A stretch of DNA of 64,000 bases from Promethearchaeota archaeon (GTDB taxonomy: Archaea; Asgardarchaeota; Hermodarchaeia; Hermodarchaeales; Hermodarchaeaceae). Each line of letters opens with the position of its first letter. Position 1 is the first letter of the stretch. The position numbers were made by a program, and so were the translations under genes. The notes beneath the pieces were generated by a model, which saw nothing but the letters and a program-made list of their open reading frames with translations, ran no database searches and was not told the origin of the DNA. The stretch is taken from positions 72,353-136,352 of the forward strand of contig JBHLPH010000003.1 of the NCBI GenBank assembly GCA_048939625.1, read 5' to 3'. This document shows, one piece after another, positions 56,659 through 64,000 of this stretch.

Positions 56659-56919
56659 TTAGAATAGACCCAATTTTACGGCCAGGTCAGCGGCGTTATA
56701 TTCAGGAGAAAGCTTCACAAGGGCTTTTTTCTTCCCATCGGGGGTAATCATTGTGTTGACTTTGACCACTTTCACTTCATAAAGTAGCTCGATTGCTTCA
56801 CGAATTTGACCTTTCGTTGCTCGCCGATTAACCATGAAGGTCAGCCGATTTTCTTTTTCGACGATTTCTGATGCCCGTTCAGTAATCATCATTCGGATTA
56901 TTACATCATACGGATCCAT
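56659..56919 (-). CDS. rpl23: 50S ribosomal protein uL23
   Basis: TERA..VEKENRLTF, KVNTMI, KKALVKL. Confidence 0.97.
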   Translation of the reverse strand: MDPYDVIIRMMITERASEIVEKENRLTFMVNRRATKGQIREAIELLYEVKVVKVNTMITPDGKKKALVKLSPEYNAADLAVKLGLF

Positions 56920-57710
56920 TATTGACCACCCTCAGAGGGTTCTTTTGAAAGGGCTTCCATTGCCGATTTTGTCCAGATGGTGAGCCGACCAGGTTGTGTT
57001 CCCGGAGCTAGTATCTCCGCATTAAGCTTGGATACATAAATCACATTGACACCGGGAATATTACGGGCAGCCTTCCGTATACCACCATCTTCGGTTATCA
57101 CGATTAAGGGGCCTACTGGTTTTCGATATTTTCGCCCGCGTCGTCTTGCATTTCCTCCGCGAACTTTGCGACCGTTTTTAACGCGAACAATGTCGTTCCA
57201 GATACCGAGTTTTTGTAAGACGTCTTGGACTTCCTCGGTAGACTGTAATTCTTGAAACTTGTCAACAATTACAATTGGAAATTGTTCAATTTCAAAACGG
57301 TGACCTCGCGATGAAACGATTTCCGGATTCGCTGTTGCCGCAATTGCCGATTGGATGGCTAAACGGCGCTCTTTTTTATTGATTCGTTCTATTGGGTTTT
57401 TAGCAGATTCTGGAGGATGAGTTCTTCGCCCACTAACAGTAAACGGAGCAAACGCAGCGTGTGATGCAGAACGGTATCCTTGCCCTTTTCTTCGAGGAAC
57501 TCTCGCTCGCCCCTGTCCTGTCCCCCACGATTCAGCAGAGGTTCGTTTACCAGCCATGGGATCTACGCCATGTCGCTGATATCTAGCAGATTGTTGAGCT
57601 AAAACAGCCCGTTTTATCATGTCTTTGCGGAGAGGAGTTTCAAACACCGTAGGAATTGTGACTGTGCCCCTTGTTGAGCCCTCTAATGTATGAATCTTAA
57701 CGGTCGTCAA
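56919..57710 (-). CDS. rpl4: 50S ribosomal protein uL4 (TTG start after GGAGG)
   Basis: TSAESWGTG, INKKERRLA, LAPGTQPGRLTIWT. Confidence 0.97.
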   Translation of the reverse strand: MTTVKIHTLEGSTRGTVTIPTVFETPLRKDMIKRAVLAQQSARYQRHGVDPMAGKRTSAESWGTGQGRARVPRRKGQGYRSASHAAFAPFTVSGRRTHPPESAKNPIERINKKERRLAIQSAIAATANPEIVSSRGHRFEIEQFPIVIVDKFQELQSTEEVQDVLQKLGIWNDIVRVKNGRKVRGGNARRRGRKYRKPVGPLIVITEDGGIRKAARNIPGVNVIYVSKLNAEILAPGTQPGRLTIWTKSAMEALSKEPSEGGQ

Positions 57711-57723
57711 CTTCCTTCCTCCA

Positions 57724-58725
57724 TCATTTCTTTGCTGTTGTACTGATATAGACAATTTCGGGCGGTTTCTCTGGTAAGGGTTTCGGTCGACTTGGTACTC
57801 GAAGACGTACTAGTCGTCGTGATGGTCCGGGAATGGAACCATCGATGAGAAGGAAGTCAGATTGGAGATTGCCATAGTGTGGAAATCCGCCTGCAGGTGT
57901 GATATCGTCGCTCTTTTCTCCAATACGCAATAAGCGTTTATTATATTCTGTTCGTTGATGGAACCCCATCTGTCCTCCACGTGCAACTGTATACATAATA
58001 CGATTCGGGTGCCAAGGACCGAGTGTTCCTACTGCACGAACGCGCTTGCGTGATTTATGTGGGAGTTTTGACACACCGAAGCGTTTGATAACACCTTGAA
58101 AACCCTTGCCCTTGGTGACTGCGACAACATCCAGAAATTGGCCTGGTTGAAAGATGTCTCGCACACGTAGTTCTTGCCCGAGGAGCCCTTTGGCATGTTC
58201 AAACTGATCTTTTATGGATCCACCGAAAATCCCGCACTCAATTATTTCAGGCGTTTTCTTTCCAATTCCCGCTTGTTTCGGTTGAGTCAAAAGACTAACT
58301 CGAAATTCCTTAATGTCATCTAAGGATTTACTTAATTTACCCATAGATGCTTTCGAATCATAATCTTTCGGCCAGGGCAAAACTCGTCGAATATCACGTG
58401 GAAGATTTTCTATCCATGTTTCACCTAAAACTTTCAATTCTCCGCCGTTTTGACCATGTGCGCGAATTGATGCAACCAACATTGGGGGTGTATCTATTAT
58501 GGTCACGGCCCGACTGACTTCTCGGCCAAACCATGGACTATTTGGTTTGTCATCGATGAGAATCACATGCGTCATACCGACTTTGTAGCCAGCGAACCCC
58601 AGAATATGGGGTTCTGTTGCTTGTTCAGGCCAATGACGAATCCGTCCACTAACCCGACGCACCCGTTTGCGCGGACGATAGGAAAGGCTACCATGTCTTG
58701 GGGAGCTTTGTTTTCGGTGACCCAT
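57724..58725 (-). CDS. rpl3: 50S ribosomal protein uL3
   Basis: PRHGSL, GYKVGMTH, TKGKGFQG, GQMGFHQRTEYNK. Confidence 0.98.
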   Translation of the reverse strand: MGHRKQSSPRHGSLSYRPRKRVRRVSGRIRHWPEQATEPHILGFAGYKVGMTHVILIDDKPNSPWFGREVSRAVTIIDTPPMLVASIRAHGQNGGELKVLGETWIENLPRDIRRVLPWPKDYDSKASMGKLSKSLDDIKEFRVSLLTQPKQAGIGKKTPEIIECGIFGGSIKDQFEHAKGLLGQELRVRDIFQPGQFLDVVAVTKGKGFQGVIKRFGVSKLPHKSRKRVRAVGTLGPWHPNRIMYTVARGGQMGFHQRTEYNKRLLRIGEKSDDITPAGGFPHYGNLQSDFLLIDGSIPGPSRRLVRLRVPSRPKPLPEKPPEIVYISTTAKK

Positions 58726-58731
58726 GGATTA

Positions 58732-58830
58732 CACTTCCAAGGGAAGCGTTTTCTGGGGAGGCAGGTATAGTTATTAATAAGATGTGCCTCCACCAGCTCA
58801 ACGGCTCGGAAGCGGATGGAGCGATTTAAG
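58732..58830 (-). promoter_or_regulatory. rpl3 promoter and two-hairpin 5' leader
   Basis: GAAAGACTTAAAT BRE/TATA at ~58824-58836; stem 58753-58763/58785-58796; stem 58732-58748 sequesters GGAAGUG 6 nt before the ATG. Confidence 0.5.
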
Positions 58831-58956
58831 TCTTTCGTACTCCTAAACTCCAAGAATGGAAACATCCACTTTACTAGGTCATTTTTCGTGCACCGTTATT
58901 CCTATAAACTACTATCTATATCCTACTCGAAGGAAAAAATCGCTAAAAATGTCTAT

Positions 58957-59068
58957 GCCGGGATAGCCAAGTGGTTACGGCGCGGGCCTTGAGAGATGCC
59001 TTTAAGTATCATCCAAGGTAGCCTGTGACTTTTGGGTCGCAAGGGTTCGAATCCCTTTCCCGGCGCCA
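58957..59068 (+). tRNA. trnS: tRNA-Ser(UGA) with canonical 37/38 intron (58994-59019), long variable arm, G73, CCA encoded
   Basis: GCCGGGA...CGGGC CT TGA G^intron^A GCCTG...GGTTCGAATCC...TCCCGGC G CCA. Strict BHB: CTTG/CAAG helix with AGA and GTA bulges. Confidence 0.95.
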
Positions 59069-59172
59069 TTCTTCGTTGCCAACTCTCTATTTCTATTAAA
59101 GGCATTAACGAATACCCAATGTTAAAATGCAGAAACTCATTCATTTTTTTCAGTTTCACTTGGTGATAGTCT

Positions 59173-59595
59173 GTGTCATACGAATACTTCGACGAAATCA
59201 CATCTGACCAGTTGTTCCGTGCATACGGATTTACCCTACCGGAGGTACTATGTAACGCAGCAAAGGCAATGTTCGGAGTTATGTATGACCTAAACGAGGT
59301 CAGGATTGAAACTGAAGTGACAGTCAGAGCAGAGGGTTCTACTGAAGAAAGCCTGCTCTATAATTGGTTGTCAAATTTATTACTCGAGTTCGAAGTTGAA
59401 GGAGTGTTTTTCGCCGATTTTTCTATTACCTCAATCGAAGAAACCGAGAAAGGGAAAATGCAGCTTGTAGGAATTGGAAAAGGAAGCTCAAAGATGCCGG
59501 AGCTTCGTACTCATGTTAAAGGTGTTACATTTCATCGCTTTGCTCTTGAAAGGGTTAATAACCGATACATAGCAACAGTTGTGGTAGATATTTGA
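59173..59595 (+). CDS. Archease
   Basis: YEYFDEITSD..FRAYG, LLYNWLS, VKGVTFH, VVVDI. Confidence 0.93.
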   Translation: MSYEYFDEITSDQLFRAYGFTLPEVLCNAAKAMFGVMYDLNEVRIETEVTVRAEGSTEESLLYNWLSNLLLEFEVEGVFFADFSITSIEETEKGKMQLVGIGKGSSKMPELRTHVKGVTFHRFALERVNNRYIATVVVDI

Positions 59596-59619
59596 AAGAT
59601 AAAGAAGAGGTGATGCATT

Positions 59620-61068
59620 ATGAAAGAAAAGTTGGTACAACAAGACGAGTTTCGATGGTGGCTTGATAAGACAGCCCGGCCTCGAATGAATGTCGGTGCG
59701 AAGATTATTGGTTCAAAGAAAATCATCAACACCTTAGAGGATGCAGCTATTGAGCAATTGACTAATGTTGCCACACTTCCAGGGGTTATTGAGCCCGTTC
59801 TGGCGATGCCTGATGCTCATTGGGGATACGGGCTTCCGATGGGAGCGGTTGGAGCCTTTGATGCTGAAGATGGGATAATTTCTGCGGGATGTACTGGATT
59901 TGACATAAATTGTGGCGTTCGATTAATCCGGACAAACTTAACACATGATGAGGTAAAACCCAAGTTACGACAGTTAGTTGATGAACTATTTAATCGGGTT
60001 CCTGCAGGTGTTGGATCAAAAGGTAAAATTCGGTTGAGTGAAAGGCAATTTAATGACGTTATACGACTTGGTGCACGATGGGCAGTAGAAAATGATCACG
60101 GTGTGGAAGCCGATTTAGTACATTGCGAGGAGGGCGGAGGAATGGAGGGAGCTGCTATTACAGCTCCACAAATTTCTGAAAAAGCGAGACGTCGTGGACG
60201 CCCCCAATTAGGAACTTTAGGCGCTGGAAACCATTATCTTGAAGTTCAAAGGATCGAAAAAATCTTTGATGAGACTTCGGCTCAAGTCTTCGGTCTTGAG
60301 AAGAATCAAGTTGTTGTTATGTTACATTGTGGCTCACGGGGTTTTGGTCATCAAGTTGCCACTGATTATCTAGAGCGGATGGAGGCTGCAGTTAAAAAAT
60401 ATAATATTTGGTTACCTGATCGACAGCTAGTTTGTGCTCCTGCTACCTCACAGGAAGGGCAGGACTATTATGCGGCAATGAAGGCAGCAGTGAATTTTGC
60501 GTTTTGTAACCGGCAAGTTATGACGCATTGGATTCGCGAAGGATTTGAAGCTGTTTTTAAGCGGGACTGGGATTCCATGGGTTTGAATTTGATTTATGAT
60601 GTAACACATAACATCTGCAAGTTTGAGACCCATGTCCTAAATGGTTCGAAACGTGATTTGTATGTTCACCGGAAAGGTGCAACTCGTTCCTTTGGTCCAG
60701 GGCACCCAAAGATTCCACAAGACTATCGTTCAGTTGGTCAACCAGTATTAATTGGCGGTTCCATGGGTACGGCGTCTTATGTATTGGTTGGTACAGAACA
60801 AGCAATGAAAGAAACTTTTGGCTCCACATGTCATGGTGCAGGTCGGGCAATGTCACGAAGAGCAGCTATTCGAAAATACCATGGACGAGATGTAAAGCAC
60901 GCTCTCGAATCTAAAGGCGAGGTGGTTCGGTCAATCAGTACAAAGATCCTAGCTGAAGAAGCGCCTAATGCATACAAGGATGTACATGTTGTGGTTGATT
61001 CAGTGCATGGTGCCGATATCTCACGAAAAGTGGCAAGCCAAATTCCCTTGGGTGTTGTGAAAGGCTAA
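59620..61068 (+). CDS. rtcB: RtcB tRNA-splicing ligase
   Basis: MPDAHWGYG, DINCG, GTLGAGNHY, HCGSRG, HRKGAT, STCHGAGR, EEAP.AYK. Confidence 0.97.
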   Translation: MKEKLVQQDEFRWWLDKTARPRMNVGAKIIGSKKIINTLEDAAIEQLTNVATLPGVIEPVLAMPDAHWGYGLPMGAVGAFDAEDGIISAGCTGFDINCGVRLIRTNLTHDEVKPKLRQLVDELFNRVPAGVGSKGKIRLSERQFNDVIRLGARWAVENDHGVEADLVHCEEGGGMEGAAITAPQISEKARRRGRPQLGTLGAGNHYLEVQRIEKIFDETSAQVFGLEKNQVVVMLHCGSRGFGHQVATDYLERMEAAVKKYNIWLPDRQLVCAPATSQEGQDYYAAMKAAVNFAFCNRQVMTHWIREGFEAVFKRDWDSMGLNLIYDVTHNICKFETHVLNGSKRDLYVHRKGATRSFGPGHPKIPQDYRSVGQPVLIGGSMGTASYVLVGTEQAMKETFGSTCHGAGRAMSRRAAIRKYHGRDVKHALESKGEVVRSISTKILAEEAPNAYKDVHVVVDSVHGADISRKVASQIPLGVVKG

Positions 61069-61083
61069 GTATGGTAAACGAGA

Positions 61084-61971
61084 ATGACAAAGAAGGAAGC
61101 GCCCCGAAGACTACTTTCCCTTGCCATTGCCATCCCCACTTCATTTATCGACGTTTATTCTAGCAAAGCACAAAAGACCCAGCAGATTGGACGAATTGCA
61201 CGTGCAAGTGCCATTTTTCAAGTGGATGAAATTCTACTCTTTAAGGATAAAGAGAATCAGAAACAAGCCAAGAATCTCCGATTCATATCGCGCGTATTGG
61301 AGTATATTGAAACACCCCAATATCTCCGAAAACATCTCTTTGCTAAGTTACCTGAACTCCAATATGTGGGGTTGCTTCCTCCATTACGCACCCCTCATCA
61401 CCCTCTGGTTAAGAAAGCATCCCAGCTCAAACAAGGTGAAATGCGAGAAGGAGTAGTATTCCAACATAGAGGAAAACTCATGGTTGACGTTGGTGTAGAA
61501 TCACCTCTCCCATTGGTAAAATCCAACCTTACTAAATTTCCAAAACGTATTACAGTTCAAATTACACGAACTAAAACAGGTAACTTAATTGCAACTCAGT
61601 CTTCTCCTCCTCGATTCCAACAGTATTGGGGCTTTAACGTTCGATGTTTAGATCTACCTTTAGGCAAGTTTTTGCAAGAAAACCATGAGTACAAATATGT
61701 TATTGCAACAAGTCGGAAAGGCAAACCCGTAGAAGAGCTTTCTAGAGAAATCGGAGTTAAATGGCAGAACCATAAGCGGCTTCTTTTGATTTTTGGGAGT
61801 TATGATGAGGGTCTTTCTGAGATTCTTCAACGGGAACAGATCGATGTAGCTAAAGTCGTTGATTGTTCTGTTAACTTGGTCAGGAATCAAGGTACTGCAA
61901 CAATTCGAACAGAAGAAGCAGTTCAAATAGGCCTTACCGTGTTTCGATACCTTGAAAGTACGTACGTGTAG
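61084..61971 (+). CDS. SPOUT RNA methyltransferase (DUF171/C9orf114-like)
   Basis: IGRIARASAIF, YIETPQYLRK, LPPLRTPHH, YWGF, QGTATIRTEEA. Confidence 0.92.
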   Translation: MTKKEAPRRLLSLAIAIPTSFIDVYSSKAQKTQQIGRIARASAIFQVDEILLFKDKENQKQAKNLRFISRVLEYIETPQYLRKHLFAKLPELQYVGLLPPLRTPHHPLVKKASQLKQGEMREGVVFQHRGKLMVDVGVESPLPLVKSNLTKFPKRITVQITRTKTGNLIATQSSPPRFQQYWGFNVRCLDLPLGKFLQENHEYKYVIATSRKGKPVEELSREIGVKWQNHKRLLLIFGSYDEGLSEILQREQIDVAKVVDCSVNLVRNQGTATIRTEEAVQIGLTVFRYLESTYV

Positions 61972-61981
61972 GTAATCAAAA

Positions 61982-62536
61982 TTACTCGTAATTACGATTT
62001 TCTGGTTCTATTCTGTCTTGAACTTCGCTGGTGGCAACAAGAAGTTCATAGGAATTTGTCCCTTTGAAATACCCCTCTTGAGTGACCTGAATAGTGATGG
62101 TGTGGTACCCTGAAGAGACATCAGGGATTTGAATTTGGACTTCAGTGGGGCTGGATTCGAGTTTTTGGGCGTAAATGTTGAGTTTGCCGAAAAACGCTTC
62201 TATCAATGCTCCCTTCGGAGGCGCGTTTCTTGGAAAGCCCACAACGACGGTAAGTTTTAGTTCTTCGCCAGGTTCAGCACCTGCTAGCTTTGGACCCAGT
62301 ATCTTTACATCAATGCGGTAGCTCCAATAAACATAGCTTGCTGGTAATAGAAAGACCAGGAAAAGAACAAGGTATACTAAGGCGCCTTGTAAAATTGCAA
62401 TAATTAGATCCTCGCGAACAATTATACTAGGAGCTATGAAGGGTAGAATAATGATTGCTACTGCTACATAGACTATGAGGCTGCCACAAAGGACAATTGT
62501 TAGAGTGGAACGAGGATTACGATCAGTCACAACCAC
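61982..62536 (-). CDS. 2-TM membrane protein with C-terminal Ig-like beta domain
   Basis: Two hydrophobic helices followed by a beta-strand pattern (IQIPDVSSGYHTITIQV). Confidence 0.65.
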   Translation of the reverse strand: MVVTDRNPRSTLTIVLCGSLIVYVAVAIIILPFIAPSIIVREDLIIAILQGALVYLVLFLVFLLPASYVYWSYRIDVKILGPKLAGAEPGEELKLTVVVGFPRNAPPKGALIEAFFGKLNIYAQKLESSPTEVQIQIPDVSSGYHTITIQVTQEGYFKGTNSYELLVATSEVQDRIEPENRNYE

Positions 62537-62644
62537 AAGGAGGCGGTCTTGTGCTAAATAGCGTTTCGATTAGGGATATGTTGTTAATCAAGAATTAGCT
62601 AGTAGTCATAAGCCTTGTTTTTACAATTTCAGAAGTGTGAAACA

Positions 62645-62953
62645 TTATTTCAAAGTGATTTCGATAAAAACTTCATCTGGTACTCGGATGCGCATGATTT
62701 GACGCATGGTGCGTTCGTCTGCGTCTAAATCAATAAGTCGTTTGTGGATGCGCATTTGCCAATGATCCCAAGTGGGTGTTCCTTCTCCACATGGGGATTT
62801 TCGAGTATGGACTTTGAGCGTCTTTGTGGGTAAGGGAATTGGACCTGACATGTGAACTCCAGTCCGAGAAACAATAGATTGGACTTGATTGCACACTTCG
62901 TTTAACTTGGGAATGTCCGTACTTGATAGTCGAATCCGAGCTTTTTGCGCCAT
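62645..62953 (-). CDS. rps10: 30S ribosomal protein uS10
   Basis: [32 protein letters not shown]. Confidence 0.98.
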   Translation of the reverse strand: MAQKARIRLSSTDIPKLNEVCNQVQSIVSRTGVHMSGPIPLPTKTLKVHTRKSPCGEGTPTWDHWQMRIHKRLIDLDADERTMRQIMRIRVPDEVFIEITLK

Positions 62954-63100
62954 TACTACTACACCAAAGAGACTTTGGGATTCAACCCGAATGTTTGCTT
63001 CCTTTTAACTGTTTTTGCATATCCACAGTGTTTCCACTCAAAAAAAGTTGAAAAAAAGAGAAAGAGGGAGAAGATTTGCGAATATCAAAGAAACGCTATT

Positions 63101-64000
63101 CTACTTCTTCTCCTCGGTGATTTTACGAACGATGCCAACAGCGACTGTTCGACCGCTATCTCGGATTGCAAAGCGACCTAGCTGCTTCATATCGGCATAG
63201 GTTTCTAAGCATACAGGGGTAACTGGTCGTAGTTTGACAATTGCAGAGTCACCTTGCTTGATAAAGTCAGGCTTCTCTTGAACGGTTTCACCTGTTCGTG
63301 GGTCAATTTTTGCAAGGATTTCTGTGAAGGTCGTTGCCACCTGAGCTGTGTGAGCATGCATGACTGGCGTATAACCAGCAGCAATCGCACGGGGGTGGTA
63401 AATAACAATGATTTGACCTTCAAACTCTGAAACAACACGCGGTGGTTTATTGAGTGGTCCCATTACATCACCGCGTCGAATTTCGCCTTTCGCGATCCCA
63501 CGGACGTTAAAACCGATATTGTCTCCAGGTTCTGCAGAATCTAGCCGTTCATGGTGCATTTCAATTGTTTTGATTTCACCTTCTTTGCCAGGAGGCATGA
63601 AGATGACTTTTTCACCGATTTTCATTTTTCCAGTTTCAACACGGCCCACAGGAACGGTACCAACACCAGTAATGGTGTAGACATCCTGAACGGGTACCCG
63701 TAGAGGTTGGTCAACGGGTTTGGGTGGTAGGACAAACTCATCAATTGCTGCAAGCAATGAAGGGCCCTTGTACCAGTCCATCTCAGAACTGGCGTCAGTT
63801 AGCAAATCACCAGTCCAAGCAGATACTGGAACAAAGTTGATTTTGCTGGTGTCAAATTGTGCACCTTTCAACAGTTCAGTGACCTCAGCCTTGATCTCTT
63901 CGTATCGGTCCTTAGACCATTTTGGCGTTGAGTCATCCATTTTGTTGATGGCAACGACAAGCTGCTCGATGCCCAGAGTTCGTGCGAGGAAAGCGTGCTC
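63101..64000 (-). CDS. tuf: Elongation factor 1-alpha (5' part lies outside the window)
   Basis: Frame open to the window edge (EHAFLARTLG...INKMD); VPVGRVETG, PGDNIGFNV, LGRFAIRD. Confidence 0.98.
   Translation of the reverse strand, partial: EHAFLARTLGIEQLVVAINKMDDSTPKWSKDRYEEIKAEVTELLKGAQFDTSKINFVPVSAWTGDLLTDASSEMDWYKGPSLLAAIDEFVLPPKPVDQPLRVPVQDVYTITGVGTVPVGRVETGKMKIGEKVIFMPPGKEGEIKTIEMHHERLDSAEPGDNIGFNVRGIAKGEIRRGDVMGPLNKPPRVVSEFEGQIIVIYHPRAIAAGYTPVMHAHTAQVATTFTEILAKIDPRTGETVQEKPDFIKQGDSAIVKLRPVTPVCLETYADMKQLGRFAIRDSGRTVAVGIVRKITEEKK

Noticed and set aside
58957-59068. tRNA with 'TGA' anticodon and long variable arm as possible tRNA-Sec or suppressor
   Set aside because: Anticodon UGA reads UCA (Ser); tRNA-Sec has anticodon UCA. 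The 7/5 stems and G73 are standard for tRNA-Ser.
1-64000. CRISPR arrays, IS elements, integrases, prophage genes, UGA-selenoproteins
   Set aside because: No regularly spaced repeats, transposase or integrase motifs, tRNA-end att duplications or homology-spanning TGA codons were seen by eye. A computational scan could still find weak cases.

Overview
Gene-dense archaeal chromosome segment, most consistent with an Asgard archaeon. Evidence: archaeal information genes (rpoP, aIF1, TFB, thermosome, GGGP synthase, uL2/uL23/uL4/uL3, uS10, EF-1alpha, archease, RtcB) alongside eukaryotic-signature-type proteins (Rab-like GTPase plus longin, roadblock, MglA-like GTPase, Get3). The exact lineage cannot be fixed from sequence alone. 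No CRISPR array, transposase or prophage gene was recognised. The strongest signals outside the ORF track are RNAs. (1) A tRNA-His(GUG) at 2711-2865 folds only after removal of THREE BHB-type introns (positions 8/9, 15/16, 37/38, with a 7-nt micro-exon). It has a eukaryote-like A73 and no encoded G-1, and lies directly upstream of a HisRS with an expanded insertion domain. (2) A box C/D sRNA at 18089-18160 (-) has a D guide pointing at the C1402-equivalent of SSU rRNA. The best candidate new pathway is a ~10-kb cluster (25.8-35.3 kb): W/Mo aldehyde:ferredoxin oxidoreductase plus Fe-S subunit, a PreA/DHOD-like flavoprotein lacking its catalytic Cys, an SsnA-like hydrolase, a deaminase, two YgeW-like carbamoyltransferases and two SAMP/MoaD proteins with capped GG. 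It resembles a remodelled reductive purine/urate catabolic pathway. Other points: RpoP with a nested second zinc ribbon, a putative Get3/EMC6-like/microprotein locus, a cobalamin-uptake-like cassette with an operator palindrome, a catalytically dead transglutaminase-Ig/MoxR operon, a Sir2 pseudogene, and a probable inversion of tRNA-Ser-archease-rtcB-SPOUT inside the ribosomal superoperon.
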